From an uncultured Alphaproteobacteria bacterium (GTDB taxonomy: Bacteria > Pseudomonadota > Alphaproteobacteria > RF32 > CAG-239): a stretch of 60,959 nt of DNA. The DNA is taken from positions 1 to 60,959 of the forward strand of contig CAMOYJ010000002.1 of NCBI GenBank assembly GCA_946629975.1. The letters run 5' to 3'. Numbering within the stretch: position 1 is the stretch's first letter; each line of letters starts with the position of its first letter. The notes under the pieces are model-generated. The model ran no database searches. It had not been told where the DNA came from and saw only the letters and a list, made by a program, of their open reading frames with translations. The position numbers and the translations under genes were made by a program. Positions 26,377 to 36,603 of the stretch are shown piece by piece.

Positions 26377-27017
26377 TAATTTTTCTTTGTTGAGTTTAAA
26401 AGCCAAACCGGCGAGTTGCTGTTCAAATCTTTTTCGAAGGTCCATACATCTGTGATTTGTTGCACAAAATTTTCATCACCTTCAATAATTTCACCTTGTG
26501 CGTTTTTCAAAACATTAACCTGTTCTGACTGGAACTTGACTGAAATCTGAGCAATATTTTTGCTGCTGATTTTAGCATCAACAATTTCCATCTCGCAAAT
26601 ACGGATCAAGTCATCTTCAGCGCTGATATTTTGCTCTTCCCGTTCTTTGATAATGGCCTCAAATTTTTTGTAAAGTTTTGATGTTGTGAGCATTTTAAGT
26701 GTTTCTATATCGCGATTCGCAAAAGCTTCCAACACCATTTCAAAAGCCTTTGACGCGCGTTTTAAAAAGGATTCTTTGCTAAATCCGTCAATACTGCTTA
26801 AAACCTCGTCGGCAGCCGTTTGGGGCATTTTGATATCGGCAAATTTTTCATCTTCTTTGATTTTGCCCTGAATCATATCATAAATTTTATCAAATTCTTT
26901 TTTGCTCACAATTTTGATTTGTGGGCGCTCCGGACGTGTCCCTAAAACATTGTTGAGCCTATATAAAATAAGAGCAACGACAAGTCCCAAAAAAATCAAA
27001 TCCATATATGCAGCCAT
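26376..27017 (-). CDS. Tim44/TimA-like domain protein
   Basis: N-terminal TM with RLNNVLG, DVWTF...W motif; sits in the secB-Tim44-mltA-smr cluster. Confidence 0.88.
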   Translation of the reverse strand: MAAYMDLIFLGLVVALILYRLNNVLGTRPERPQIKIVSKKEFDKIYDMIQGKIKEDEKFADIKMPQTAADEVLSSIDGFSKESFLKRASKAFEMVLEAFANRDIETLKMLTTSKLYKKFEAIIKEREEQNISAEDDLIRICEMEIVDAKISSKNIAQISVKFQSEQVNVLKNAQGEIIEGDENFVQQITDVWTFEKDLNSNSPVWLLNSTKKN

Positions 27018-27162
27018 TTTTCTTCCTTCATAATAACCCGTCAAGTTGAATATATATATAAAGAGTTTAAGAATTATTATCAAGTATTATATTTCATTTG
27101 ACGAGCAAAAATATTTAATGTAAAACCTTAGAAAAAATCATTTTTTAAGAAAGGTAATAAAA

Positions 27163-27600
27163 ATGGCAGAACAACAACAGCCGACTCTTATGATTAACAG
27201 TCAATACATTAAAGATTTGTCACTCGAAATTCCGCATGCACCGGAAATTTTTAAGGAGCTGACAAAACAGCCTCAGCTTAGGGTTGATGTTTCGGTTGAA
27301 ACAGAAAAGTTAGAAGAAAATACATACATCGTCGATTTGAATTTAGCTTTAAATGGTGACCTTGAGAGCAAAAAACTCTTCATTTTGGAGCTAACATATT
27401 CTGCGGTTGTTACTTTAACTGTTCCTGAACAGCATTTAGATCCGATTTTGAATATCGAAATTCCGAGATTGACATTCCCGTTTGCTCGCAACATTGTGAC
27501 CCAATGTTTAATGGAAGGCGGTTTGCCGCCGATGATGTTAACGCCTGTTGATTTTGCGGCTGTTTACGCAGCAAAACAAGCAAGACAAGGACAAAACTAG
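27163..27600 (+). CDS. secB: protein export chaperone SecB
   Basis: QYIKDLSLE, FPFARNIV, GGLPPMML.PVDFAAVY. Confidence 0.93.
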   Translation: MAEQQQPTLMINSQYIKDLSLEIPHAPEIFKELTKQPQLRVDVSVETEKLEENTYIVDLNLALNGDLESKKLFILELTYSAVVTLTVPEQHLDPILNIEIPRLTFPFARNIVTQCLMEGGLPPMMLTPVDFAAVYAAKQARQGQN

Positions 27601-27602
27601 TC

Positions 27603-28073
27603 ATGCGCTTGGCGCTCTTTCAGCCGGATATCGCGCAAAATACGGGCACGCTTTTAAGATTATCGGCGTGCCTTGATTTGCCGATGGATATCATCGAACC
27701 ATGCGGCTTTTTGTTTAATGACAAAGGCTTGAAACGTGCAGGAATGGATTATTTGGAACTTGCCAATTTTAAACGTCATGCCTCTTGGGATGATTTTTTA
27801 AGCTATCGCGCAGAGCATAAAGATGAATACGGGCGCATTATTTTGCTCACCACCCATGCTTCAAAGCCTTATACGGAATTTGAATTTAAGGAAAATGACA
27901 TTATTTTAATGGGGCGCGAAAGCGCCGGTGTGCCGGAAGCGGTTCACCAGCTTGCAGATGCGCGCCTTCTTATTCCGATGAACAAAAATGCACGTTCCAT
28001 AAATGTGGCAGTTTCAGCGGTTATGGTGGTGGGTGAAGCCTTGCGCCAAACGAAACTCTTTCCAAAAATTTAA
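27603..28073 (+). CDS. trmL: tRNA (cytidine(34)-2'-O)-methyltransferase TrmL
   Basis: QPDIAQNTG, KRAGMDY, GRESAGVP, RSINVAVS. Confidence 0.92.
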   Translation: MRLALFQPDIAQNTGTLLRLSACLDLPMDIIEPCGFLFNDKGLKRAGMDYLELANFKRHASWDDFLSYRAEHKDEYGRIILLTTHASKPYTEFEFKENDIILMGRESAGVPEAVHQLADARLLIPMNKNARSINVAVSAVMVVGEALRQTKLFPKI

Positions 28074-28161
28074 TTTTTTTAAAATTTAGACTAGATTTTT
28101 GCTTTAAAATGTGGTATAACGAGTCGTGTTTTGATAAAAAAATAAATATAGGAAAAGGCAA

Positions 28162-28668
28162 ATGAGTATCAAAAAATTACCGACCGTATCATTTAATTCC
28201 GGCGAATACGTTGTTTATCCGACACATGGCGTCGGCAAAATTTCCGACATCTCAAAGCAAACCATTGCCGGTTCTGAACTTGAGTTGTTAGTTGTTAATT
28301 TTGATAAAGACAAAATGACATTGCGTATTCCGCTTCAAAAAGTGGATCATGTCGGTTTGCGCAAAATTTCCGAAAGCTCAACAATGAATGAGGCTTTAGA
28401 AACCTTAAAAGGCAAACCGAAAGTCAAAAAGATTATGTGGTCGCGCCGTGCACAAGAATATGAAAACAAAATCAACTCCGGCAACCCGATTGCTGTGGCT
28501 GAAGTTGTGCGCGATTTGTATCGTCAAGAAAATTTGGCCGAACAGTCATACAGTGAGCGCCAAATTTATGAGCAGGCATTTGACAGGTTGGCATCAGAAG
28601 TTGCCGTTTGTGACAACATTTCGCTTGAAGATGCAAACAAGAAATTGCTTAATATTTTAGCAAGATAA
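28162..28668 (+). CDS. carD: CarD/CdnL family transcription regulator
   Basis: VVYPTHGVG, WSRRAQEYENKINSG, AEVVRDL, QSYSERQIYE. Confidence 0.92.
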   Translation: MSIKKLPTVSFNSGEYVVYPTHGVGKISDISKQTIAGSELELLVVNFDKDKMTLRIPLQKVDHVGLRKISESSTMNEALETLKGKPKVKKIMWSRRAQEYENKINSGNPIAVAEVVRDLYRQENLAEQSYSERQIYEQAFDRLASEVAVCDNISLEDANKKLLNILAR

Positions 28669-28691
28669 GAGTTTTCATTTTTTAACTCCTG

Positions 28692-28721
28692 AAAGGGTGG
28701 GGATATATCCCCGCCTTTTTT
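28692..28721 (+). terminator. intrinsic terminator after carD
   Basis: GGGTGGGGAT/ATCCCCGCCT stem followed by a T-tract. Confidence 0.75.
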
Positions 28722-28804
28722 AGTATTTTGGAATTAATAAATAAAGTTTATTTGAGCCATAAAATGAAAAATGCAAAAAGTTTTAAAAACTTTAAAAAAA
28801 CCTA

Positions 28805-28832
28805 TTGACTCTCAAAAAAATTTTAATATAAT
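28805..28832 (+). promoter_or_regulatory. sigma70 promoter of rpsM-rpsK-rpoA
   Basis: TTGACT-16 nt-TATAAT with an A-rich upstream region. Confidence 0.6.
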
Positions 28833-28898
28833 CCGCTTAATTTTGAAAAGTGGTGATCAACTTTTTGAATGTTTATTTATTGATAATGGAGAATTAAT

Positions 28899-29267
28899 TT
28901 GGCTCGTATAGCTGGCGTAAATATCCCAAGTGCCAAAAGGGTAGAGGTCGCTTTGACCTATATTTTTGGTATTGGACGTAAAACTGCTCAAGACATTTGC
29001 ACAAAATCTGGTGTTTCGATGGACCGCCGCGTGCAAGACTTAAGCGATGAAGAAGTTTTAAAGCTTCGTGAAGTGATTGACCGCGACTATTTGGTTGAGG
29101 GTGAACTTCGTCGTGAAGTCGGCGTGAACATTAAGAGATTAATGGATCTCGGATGTTACAGAGGTTTGAGGCATCGTAAAGGCTTGCCTGTTCGCGGACA
29201 AAGCACAAAACAAAATGCGCGTACCCGTAAAGGTAAACGTAAAACTGTTGCCAATAAGAAGAAATAA
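28899..29267 (+). CDS. rpsM: 30S ribosomal protein S13
   Basis: [30 protein letters not shown]. Confidence 0.97.
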   Translation: MARIAGVNIPSAKRVEVALTYIFGIGRKTAQDICTKSGVSMDRRVQDLSDEEVLKLREVIDRDYLVEGELRREVGVNIKRLMDLGCYRGLRHRKGLPVRGQSTKQNARTRKGKRKTVANKKK

Positions 29268-29278
29268 GTGAGGGTATA

Positions 29279-29671
29279 ATGGCAAAAGCAGCAACACAAC
29301 GTGTTAAGAAAAAAGAAAAAAAGAATATCACATCCGGCGTTGCCCATGTGAATTCCACCTTTAACAACACCAGAGTAACCATTACGGATGCTCAAGGCAA
29401 CACCGTTGCTTGGTCAACAGCCGGTGCACAAGGCTTTAAGGGTTCGCGCAAATCAACCCCTTATGCCGCACAGGTAGCCGCTGAAGAAGCTGGCAAAAAG
29501 GCTCAAGAAAACGGCATGACAACTTTAGAAGTTGAAGTTAAAGGTCCGGGTTCTGGACGTGAATCTGCCGTCAGGGCGTTGCAGGTTGTCGGTTTTACAA
29601 TCACATCTATTCGTGATGTAACCCCGATTCCGCACAACGGCTGCAGATTAAGAAAACGTCGTCGCGTATAG
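29279..29671 (+). CDS. rpsK: 30S ribosomal protein S11
   Basis: [31 protein letters not shown]. Confidence 0.97.
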   Translation: MAKAATQRVKKKEKKNITSGVAHVNSTFNNTRVTITDAQGNTVAWSTAGAQGFKGSRKSTPYAAQVAAEEAGKKAQENGMTTLEVEVKGPGSGRESAVRALQVVGFTITSIRDVTPIPHNGCRLRKRRRV

Positions 29672-29684
29672 TTTTTTTATTTAG

Positions 29685-29730
29685 CTGGCGGAGATTGGTT
29701 TTATATCTCCGCTGGGCTTTTTGTTTTTTT
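29685..29730 (+). terminator. terminator-like hairpin between rpsK and rpoA
   Basis: CTGGCGGAGAT/ATCTCCGCTGG stem followed by GCTTTTTGTTTTTTT. Confidence 0.55.
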
Positions 29731-29762
29731 AGTTAATACTTTAATTTTAAGAGGGTACTCCG

Positions 29763-30770
29763 GTGATTCAAAAAAATTGGCAAGAACTTATTAAACCGAC
29801 TAATTTAGAAGTTAATTCCGAAGGTCTGAACAAATCTAAAATAGTTATAGAACCCCTTGAGAGAGGCTTTGGTTTGACACTTGGCAACGCCTTGAGAAGA
29901 GTTTTGCTCTCCTCATTACAGGGCGGTGCCGTCACAGCAATCAAAATTGATGGTGTTTTGCATGAATTTTCAGTTATTGAAGGCGTTCGTGAAGATGTAA
30001 CGGACATTGTCTTGAATATCAAAGGTTTGGCTGTCGCTGTTCATAGCGAAGGTCAAAAAACGATGTATCTTGAAGCGCAAGGTCCGTGCACGGTTACCGC
30101 TTCTATGATTGAAACAGGACACGATGTTGAAATCATGAATCCTGATCATGTTATCTGCAATCTTGATGCCGGTGGCAAAATTTCAATGGAATTAACCGTC
30201 ACAACAGGTAAAGGTTATGTTCCTGCATATCAAAACAAGTCTTCTGATTCAACAATCGGTGTTATTGCGGTTGATGCAATTTATTCACCAGTTAAAAAGG
30301 TTTCATACAAGGTTGAAAACACACGTGTCGGACAAATTACCGACTACGATAAATTAACAATGGTTGTTGAAACAAATGGTGTTGTCACTCCTGAAGATGC
30401 CGTCGCTTTCGCAGCACGCATCTTGCAAGATCAGTTAAAACCGTTCATCAATTTCGATGAACCGGAAAACGATATTGAAGACATTAAAGAAGAGTTGCCG
30501 TTCAATCGTAATCTTTTGAAGAAGGTTGAAGAGCTTGAGCTTTCTGTTCGTTCGGCAAACTGCTTGAAGAATGATAATATCGTTTATATCGGGGATTTGG
30601 TTCAAAAGACAGAAGCTGAAATGCTTCGCACACCGAACTTTGGTCGTAAATCTTTAAACGAAATCAAAGAAGTTTTAGCAAAGATGGGTATCCACCTCGG
30701 TATGGAAACACCGGGTTGGCCGCCTGAGAATATTGAAGAGTTGATCAGAAAATGTGATGATCATTTCTAA
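29763..30770 (+). CDS. rpoA: RNA polymerase alpha subunit
   Basis: [51 protein letters not shown]. Confidence 0.97.
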   Translation: MIQKNWQELIKPTNLEVNSEGLNKSKIVIEPLERGFGLTLGNALRRVLLSSLQGGAVTAIKIDGVLHEFSVIEGVREDVTDIVLNIKGLAVAVHSEGQKTMYLEAQGPCTVTASMIETGHDVEIMNPDHVICNLDAGGKISMELTVTTGKGYVPAYQNKSSDSTIGVIAVDAIYSPVKKVSYKVENTRVGQITDYDKLTMVVETNGVVTPEDAVAFAARILQDQLKPFINFDEPENDIEDIKEELPFNRNLLKKVEELELSVRSANCLKNDNIVYIGDLVQKTEAEMLRTPNFGRKSLNEIKEVLAKMGIHLGMETPGWPPENIEELIRKCDDHF

Positions 30771-30811
30771 AAAGAAAAATCCCCGATCTCAAAAATTGGG
30801 GATTTCTTTTT
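30771..30811. terminator. bidirectional terminator between rpoA and radC
   Basis: AAATCCCCGAT/ATTGGGGATTT stem flanked by A- and T-tracts. Confidence 0.75.
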
Positions 30812-30812
30812 G

Positions 30813-31514
30813 CTAAAGCCCTGCAAGTTTGTGGTCGTGAAAACTGTAATAATTATCTCTTGAAACGATAATATGGTCGCAAACTTTGATGTCGAGCGGT
30901 GCAAGGGCCTCAATAATTTCTTGCGTGCGCAAAACATCGTCTTTTGAAGGCTCGCAATCTCCGCTCGGGTGGTTATGATATAAAACAACAGATGTAGCGT
31001 GTGTTTCCAACACATTTCTAACCACATCTCGTGTATAAACGGGAACTTCGTCAACACCACCTCTTTGAATGAGCCTGTCTTCAATTAAGTGCAATTTTTT
31101 ATCAAGCATCATCACATGAAATTCTTCAACTTTTGCATCAAAAACAGCCGCCTTGCAATAATCCAACACATAATCAAACTCTTTATAAACGGCATAATGC
31201 GTTTCTTTCAAGCGAGCTCCGCCCAAACGTTTGCTGGCAACAAGAATACTTTTAAACAAAACAATGGTGTTTTGCGTTAAACCATATTCTTTAAGAGCCT
31301 CTTCAGATGCAGCCAAAACCTTTGCAAGAGAGCCGAAATATGCAATCAATTTTTTTGCGTCGTCTTTCACATCGCGTCTTAAAATCGCATAAGTCAAAAT
31401 CAGTTCCAAAAACTCATAATCGGCCATGGAGGCGCCTTCGTCTTTCAAAAAACGTTCTCTCAGTCTTTCTCTGTGGCCTAAATAAAGCGGTTTTTTATCG
31501 GTTTGTGTTGTCAT
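30813..31514 (-). CDS. radC: RadC/JAB-domain protein
   Basis: GHRERLRERF, HNHPSGDCEPSKDD, DHIIV. Confidence 0.9.
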   Translation of the reverse strand: MTTQTDKKPLYLGHRERLRERFLKDEGASMADYEFLELILTYAILRRDVKDDAKKLIAYFGSLAKVLAASEEALKEYGLTQNTIVLFKSILVASKRLGGARLKETHYAVYKEFDYVLDYCKAAVFDAKVEEFHVMMLDKKLHLIEDRLIQRGGVDEVPVYTRDVVRNVLETHATSVVLYHNHPSGDCEPSKDDVLRTQEIIEALAPLDIKVCDHIIVSRDNYYSFHDHKLAGL

Positions 31515-31516
31515 TT

Positions 31517-32446
31517 TTAAATCTCGCAATTATCAAATAAATCATCCAATCGTTCTTCCTTAATACCAAACGGATCTTGATGTATAAGAACCTGCGCGTG
31601 GGGATAAGCCTGTTTGATTGCGTTTTCTGCAGATTCGGTAATCTGATGAGCTTCTAAAAGCGACAAGCTCCCATCCATTTCGATATGTAGCTCAAAATAA
31701 TAAACACCGCCTAAATCACGCGTCCTTAAATCATGAACTCCTTTGATTCCGTCAAGTTGTTTCAAAAGCCTCAAAACATTTTGCCTGATATCTTTATCAA
31801 GCTCTTTGTCTAGTAACGTCTGAGCGGCTTCATAAGCAATTTGGAAAGCATACCAAAGCAGATAAAGAGCAATCAAAACAGCAATTAAGGTATCAAACCA
31901 ACTGATATTAAAAGCCTTTATAACCACTAATGATAAAATAATGGAGCTGTTTGTTAAAACATCAACAACATAATGTGCACTGTCCGCTTTAACGGCCATA
32001 GAATTTGTATGTTTTGCGACATATTTTTGAAACGAAATAAGAAGAACCGTCAAAACAAGGCTTAAAACCATCACAAAAATGCCGATTCCCGTTTGTTCAA
32101 TAATCACGGGGTGTAAAAATCTGTCGATTCCGCTATACAAAACAAACATACCTGATCCGGCAATAAAAGCTGCTTGCACAAGTGCACTTAAATGTTCCGC
32201 TTTGAAATATCCGTAACGGTGCGAACAAGAAGCCGGTTTCAGTGAAAATTTCACAGCAACAAACGAAACAACAGAAGCCACAATATCAGATAAACTGTCA
32301 ACAAGAGATGATAAAATAGCAAGAGAGCCTGTTGCAAGTGAGGCAAATATTTTCATCAAAAAAAGCAAAGTTGAAAGCGCAACGCTTGCAATCACGGCAT
32401 ATTTTTTATAATGTTCGATTTTTTCCTTTGGCCAGGTTGTTGACAT
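31517..32446 (-). CDS. fieF: cation diffusion facilitator, FieF-like
   Basis: SLVDSLSD, HRYGYFKAE, ADSAHYVVD, HDLRTR, IHQDP. Confidence 0.85.
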   Translation of the reverse strand: MSTTWPKEKIEHYKKYAVIASVALSTLLFLMKIFASLATGSLAILSSLVDSLSDIVASVVSFVAVKFSLKPASCSHRYGYFKAEHLSALVQAAFIAGSGMFVLYSGIDRFLHPVIIEQTGIGIFVMVLSLVLTVLLISFQKYVAKHTNSMAVKADSAHYVVDVLTNSSIILSLVVIKAFNISWFDTLIAVLIALYLLWYAFQIAYEAAQTLLDKELDKDIRQNVLRLLKQLDGIKGVHDLRTRDLGGVYYFELHIEMDGSLSLLEAHQITESAENAIKQAYPHAQVLIHQDPFGIKEERLDDLFDNCEI

Positions 32447-35400
32447 TTTTTATTTTCTCCCAATCCTCAGCATCAATCTCAAAATAATACATTTGTGCAG
32501 ATTTATCAAACAGTTCGATATGTTTATTGACATTTTCACCTTCAAACTTATATTTTGCAAAATATTTTTGATCTTCTTGATAAATATCGATTTTTGCCGT
32601 AACACCATTTTCAACATCCAGCATAAAGCCGGCAATTTTTTTCTTTTGGTGCAAATTTTGGGCAGTGCTCTTAAATGTTGAGTTTAAAAAATGCTTCATA
32701 TATTCGGCAATCAAAGCTTCATCTTCCTGCCCATTGATTTTGAACAGGCGCCCAAACCTCAAATCCCACAAATGGCTATATGTCCACAAGTCAGGGTCAA
32801 GAGATAAATCAACGAGTTCAATTTCAGCCTTCCACACTTGAAATTTCCCGTCAAATTTAATATAAGCCGCACTGCCGCCGCGTCCAAGTTCAATATCATA
32901 TTTGCCGACATCCATGCCCTCAATAAGAGCCCCGTTGTCCGCAAAGAGTTCAATACGTGTTGCAACAGATCCTTCAATTTCCGTCGGTGTCAATCCGAAG
33001 GCGGAAAGATTTTCGGCCCTGTCTGATTTTTTTTCATAAAGTGTTCCCTCAATTAATGCGCTTAAAAAACTGCGAATTCTTTCCTGATAAACAGGGATTT
33101 CAGGACGTTCTTTTAAGCCCCATAAACCATCTTTTAAAACAAAAGTTAATGCCTTGTCATGAGTGCTTATTTTGATTTCTTTAATTTGATTAATTTCATT
33201 TGCAAGTTTCGGAAAAATAGGTTTGCCCTCATATTGTTCTATTTCAGATAAATTGTTCATAAAAGAAGTAAGTAAGCCGCAAACAAGAAGCAACAAACAA
33301 AGAGCTGCAATTTTGCCGAGTTCTTTGTTAAGATGTTTTTCCGATTTTGTTTTTTGCACGCGAGGTCTTCGTAGTAAAATGATAATGATTAAACAAAGAC
33401 TCAAAATCAAAGGCACGGCAAAAATGTTGACAAGCTTTGTTTTAAGTGCAATTTTCTCAATTTTTGAAGTTGAAAGTGAGCGCACATCAGATAAATTTAA
33501 GCGCAATGTATTGAGCTCTTTTTTGATGTTTGAAATCAGCGAAAGCTCGTCAGGCGTAAAGGTTTCCCGCTCTTCAAAATCGCGTTTGTTCCAAACTTCT
33601 TGCAATTTAAGCTTTGTCTCTTCAATACGCTGAAATATTTCTTCTTCTTTGACTTTATATTCAAAAATACTTTGTTTGCGCAAATTTTCCAAACTGTTAA
33701 AAGGCCTGTTTTTTGCACCTTTCCCGCGCAAATCAAGCAATGTCTTATCATTTGCCAAAAAGTCAAGTGCGTTTAAGATAAAATCTGCATTGTTAAACAA
33801 GGGCACAAAATAACTCTCTTCCAAAAAGTTTTGTTTTGATCCCCAAAAACTGTCATAAATAAAATCCGTATCGCCTGCAACAATCAAATCGAATTGATTT
33901 TTCGGATTGCGACCATGAATATATGCCGCCAAAAATTTAACATTTTCATCTTTTTGATAGAAGCTTAAAATCTGGCGCGGATTAAGCCCGTTATAAACCA
34001 CACTGATCGGCATCAAAGCGGAATCATCACTTGCCATCAAAAGCGGCATAAAATTAATTTCTGCATTTTCAAGCGGCATAATAACACTTGCTGATGTCAT
34101 CATCAACGATTTCAGGTTTTTTGTAATGCTACTGAACGGATTAAAATTGTTTTCGCTGAGCTTAAATTGAATAACATCTTGGGTATATGCCGGATTAGTC
34201 TTATAATTGCTGGTTGCATCAACGGTAATGGAGTTTTTCAAATCAGCCACAACATAGTCACTATAAAATTTGAAACCCCAAAAATTATCTAACCCGCCAA
34301 GCTCGGAAGCGCCGTAAGGATTTGCCGTATTCATGTATAAGCGTTGAGCTTCGGCTGCTCCATCAAGCAGAAGCAAGATTTTCCCAAAATCTTGAGAATA
34401 TTGACGGATTTTTTGAACCATTTCATCAGATAAAGACTTCGGATGAATAATCAACAATAAATCCGGCCGTTCATCAAAATCTTCAGGCTTTTGTATAAGC
34501 TTTAAGTGATATAACTCTCCAATTTTTTTGCTGATTTCAAAAGGTTGCAACATTATGCTGTCATTTTCGCTTGCCCCCCCTAAAATCGGCAAGCTTGAAA
34601 TCACTCCGACTGTTTTTTTCTTGTGCGAAAGACGATAAATTAAGCTTGTTAAATCCTGTTCCAAAAAACTCAATCGTTCTGGAGAAAGGTAGGGAATAAC
34701 TTCTTTGTTGTCTAAACTATCCGTAATTGAAAGCCCGAATAACGCATTTTGATTAATGTCAATCAGCGGAATGGCCTGAAGCCCGTCAGAAATAGCCTTG
34801 TCCTCGCTGTCATCTAGGTTTTGCGGATGATAAATCCGGTAGTTAAATTTTCCGTTTGAGGCTGTTTTATAGTTTTCAAGGAGCATCTTAACCCTGTCAA
34901 ACATCTGTCTCAAGTCAGGGTTTCTTTTTGATAAAATGTTTGAAAAATAGAGCTTAGCCGTCACATTTTCCGGCAAATTTTCAAGCACGTGAACGCTATC
35001 TTTGTTTAAGGTCCATGTTTTTTCTTGAGTGAAGTCAAATTGTGTGCCACGAGTTAAGTTGTTTGCAAGCAAATTAAACCCCATAAATCCGATAAGCATT
35101 AAAAAGATAGCGCAAGCATAAACCCATTTGTTTGTAGATTTAAGCCAAAAAGAGCTTCCGGCGGTTTTAAAACTGACAATCAGCATTGTCATAAAATTAA
35201 ATAAAATGATAATTGAAGCAAAAAACAACACATCACGCCACTCTAAAAGCCCGTTTATCAAACTGTTAAAGTGTGTCAAAAAGCTAAATGAGGCTATGGT
35301 GTCAATCATATAATCAGGCAAAAAGAGCCTGAAAAATGAAAGCACAAATTCAAATCCGCTGAAAAAGAAAACAAGGTTTGCAATAACGGCTAAAACAAGC

Positions 35401-35888
35401 GCAATTACTTGGTTTTTTGTTAAGGCAGACATCGTTTGTGAAATCGCAAGCATAGCACCGGCCAAAGTAGCCCCTGCAAGATATGAAAGAAAAATAACCC
35501 CGCCGTCAGGCTGCCCTAAAACATAAACAGTTATCACAAAGGGAAATGTGAGCAAAAGTGCGAGCAGGCAAAAAACAAGTGAAGCTAAAAATTTTCCCCA
35601 AACAAGTGTCGGAAGTGTGACCGGCATTGTCATGATTTGCACAATGCTTTTGCTTTTGAATTCTTCTGCCCAAAGACGCATTGAAATCCCCGGCAAAAAG
35701 AGCAAATAAAGCCATGGCAAAAAATAAAACATATAAAAGAGCGATGCCTGACCGCGTTCAAATAAATGCCCGAAATAAAATGTTGCGACACCATTTAAAA
35801 GCAAAAAACTCATTAGGTAGATATAAGCAAGAGGCGAAATAAAATAGCGCATCAGCTCGTTTTTAAAAACAATCCATAAGTTTCGCAT
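32406..35888 (-). CDS. fused ABC permease (GldF-like) - GldG/ABC_transp_aux - DUF4340-like protein
   Basis: N-terminal YFISPLAY..SMRLWAEE..SALTKNQVIA permease, DFTQEK GldG-like periplasmic domain with GDTDF/NADFILNALDFL, C-terminal DUF4340-like domain after two further TMs. Confidence 0.8.
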   Translation of the reverse strand: MRNLWIVFKNELMRYFISPLAYIYLMSFLLLNGVATFYFGHLFERGQASLFYMFYFLPWLYLLFLPGISMRLWAEEFKSKSIVQIMTMPVTLPTLVWGKFLASLVFCLLALLLTFPFVITVYVLGQPDGGVIFLSYLAGATLAGAMLAISQTMSALTKNQVIALVLAVIANLVFFFSGFEFVLSFFRLFLPDYMIDTIASFSFLTHFNSLINGLLEWRDVLFFASIIILFNFMTMLIVSFKTAGSSFWLKSTNKWVYACAIFLMLIGFMGFNLLANNLTRGTQFDFTQEKTWTLNKDSVHVLENLPENVTAKLYFSNILSKRNPDLRQMFDRVKMLLENYKTASNGKFNYRIYHPQNLDDSEDKAISDGLQAIPLIDINQNALFGLSITDSLDNKEVIPYLSPERLSFLEQDLTSLIYRLSHKKKTVGVISSLPILGGASENDSIMLQPFEISKKIGELYHLKLIQKPEDFDERPDLLLIIHPKSLSDEMVQKIRQYSQDFGKILLLLDGAAEAQRLYMNTANPYGASELGGLDNFWGFKFYSDYVVADLKNSITVDATSNYKTNPAYTQDVIQFKLSENNFNPFSSITKNLKSLMMTSASVIMPLENAEINFMPLLMASDDSALMPISVVYNGLNPRQILSFYQKDENVKFLAAYIHGRNPKNQFDLIVAGDTDFIYDSFWGSKQNFLEESYFVPLFNNADFILNALDFLANDKTLLDLRGKGAKNRPFNSLENLRKQSIFEYKVKEEEIFQRIEETKLKLQEVWNKRDFEERETFTPDELSLISNIKKELNTLRLNLSDVRSLSTSKIEKIALKTKLVNIFAVPLILSLCLIIIILLRRPRVQKTKSEKHLNKELGKIAALCLLLLVCGLLTSFMNNLSEIEQYEGKPIFPKLANEINQIKEIKISTHDKALTFVLKDGLWGLKERPEIPVYQERIRSFLSALIEGTLYEKKSDRAENLSAFGLTPTEIEGSVATRIELFADNGALIEGMDVGKYDIELGRGGSAAYIKFDGKFQVWKAEIELVDLSLDPDLWTYSHLWDLRFGRLFKINGQEDEALIAEYMKHFLNSTFKSTAQNLHQKKKIAGFMLDVENGVTAKIDIYQEDQKYFAKYKFEGENVNKHIELFDKSAQMYYFEIDAEDWEKIKNVNNLAKGKNRTL

Positions 35889-35892
35889 TCTT

Positions 35893-36603
35893 TTACTCCT
35901 TTGTCAGTTTTTTGAACGCATCAGCTAAAGTCTTTGTGTTTGTTTTTTTAAATATTTCAGTACAATTTCCGTCAATCATTATCTTGCCATGATTGATAAT
36001 AACCACGCGCGAAGATATTGCTTCGGCTTCATCTAAAAGGTGTGTTGAAATCAAAATGGTTTTATCTTTGCTCATTTGATGTATAAGCTCTCTCATATGC
36101 TCTTTTTGATTAGGGTCTAGGCCGTCTGTCGGTTCGTCAAGGAGCAAAATCGGCGGGTTAGATAAAATACTTTGTGCAAACCCCACACGCCTTAAATACC
36201 CCTTGGAAAGTGTTTCAACCTTTTGAGATAAAACCTCTTGAGTGTGTGCTAGCTCAATCGCACGTTCTAAATCATCCTCAGATGCTCCTCTTAAATCTGC
36301 CATATATTTTAAAAACATTTTGACTGTCATATCCGGATATATCGGGGCCCCTTCGGGCAAAAATCCGATTTGCGCCTTTGCTTTGAGAGGATTTTTGCTG
36401 ATATCCTCTCCATTAACAAATATTTTTCCCGAAGTCGGGCTTAAAAATCCTGTAATCATATTCATGAGTGTTGATTTTCCGGCACCGTTCGGACCTAAAA
36501 GGGCAATAATTTCTCCTTTTTGTGCGCTGAAATTAAAATCTTGAACAGCTTTGATGTCACCGTAAAATTTGCACAAATTAACAGTTTCAATAACATTCTT
36601 CAT
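35893..36603 (-). CDS. ABC transporter ATP-binding protein (GldA-like)
   Basis: GPNGAGKST, LSKGY, LLDEPTDGLDPNQ, STH. Confidence 0.9.
   Translation of the reverse strand: MKNVIETVNLCKFYGDIKAVQDFNFSAQKGEIIALLGPNGAGKSTLMNMITGFLSPTSGKIFVNGEDISKNPLKAKAQIGFLPEGAPIYPDMTVKMFLKYMADLRGASEDDLERAIELAHTQEVLSQKVETLSKGYLRRVGFAQSILSNPPILLLDEPTDGLDPNQKEHMRELIHQMSKDKTILISTHLLDEAEAISSRVVIINHGKIMIDGNCTEIFKKTNTKTLADAFKKLTKE

Noticed and set aside
30813-31514. radC as a marker of a mobile element
   Set aside because: Full-length chromosomal type in an operon with fieF, with no mobility genes around it.
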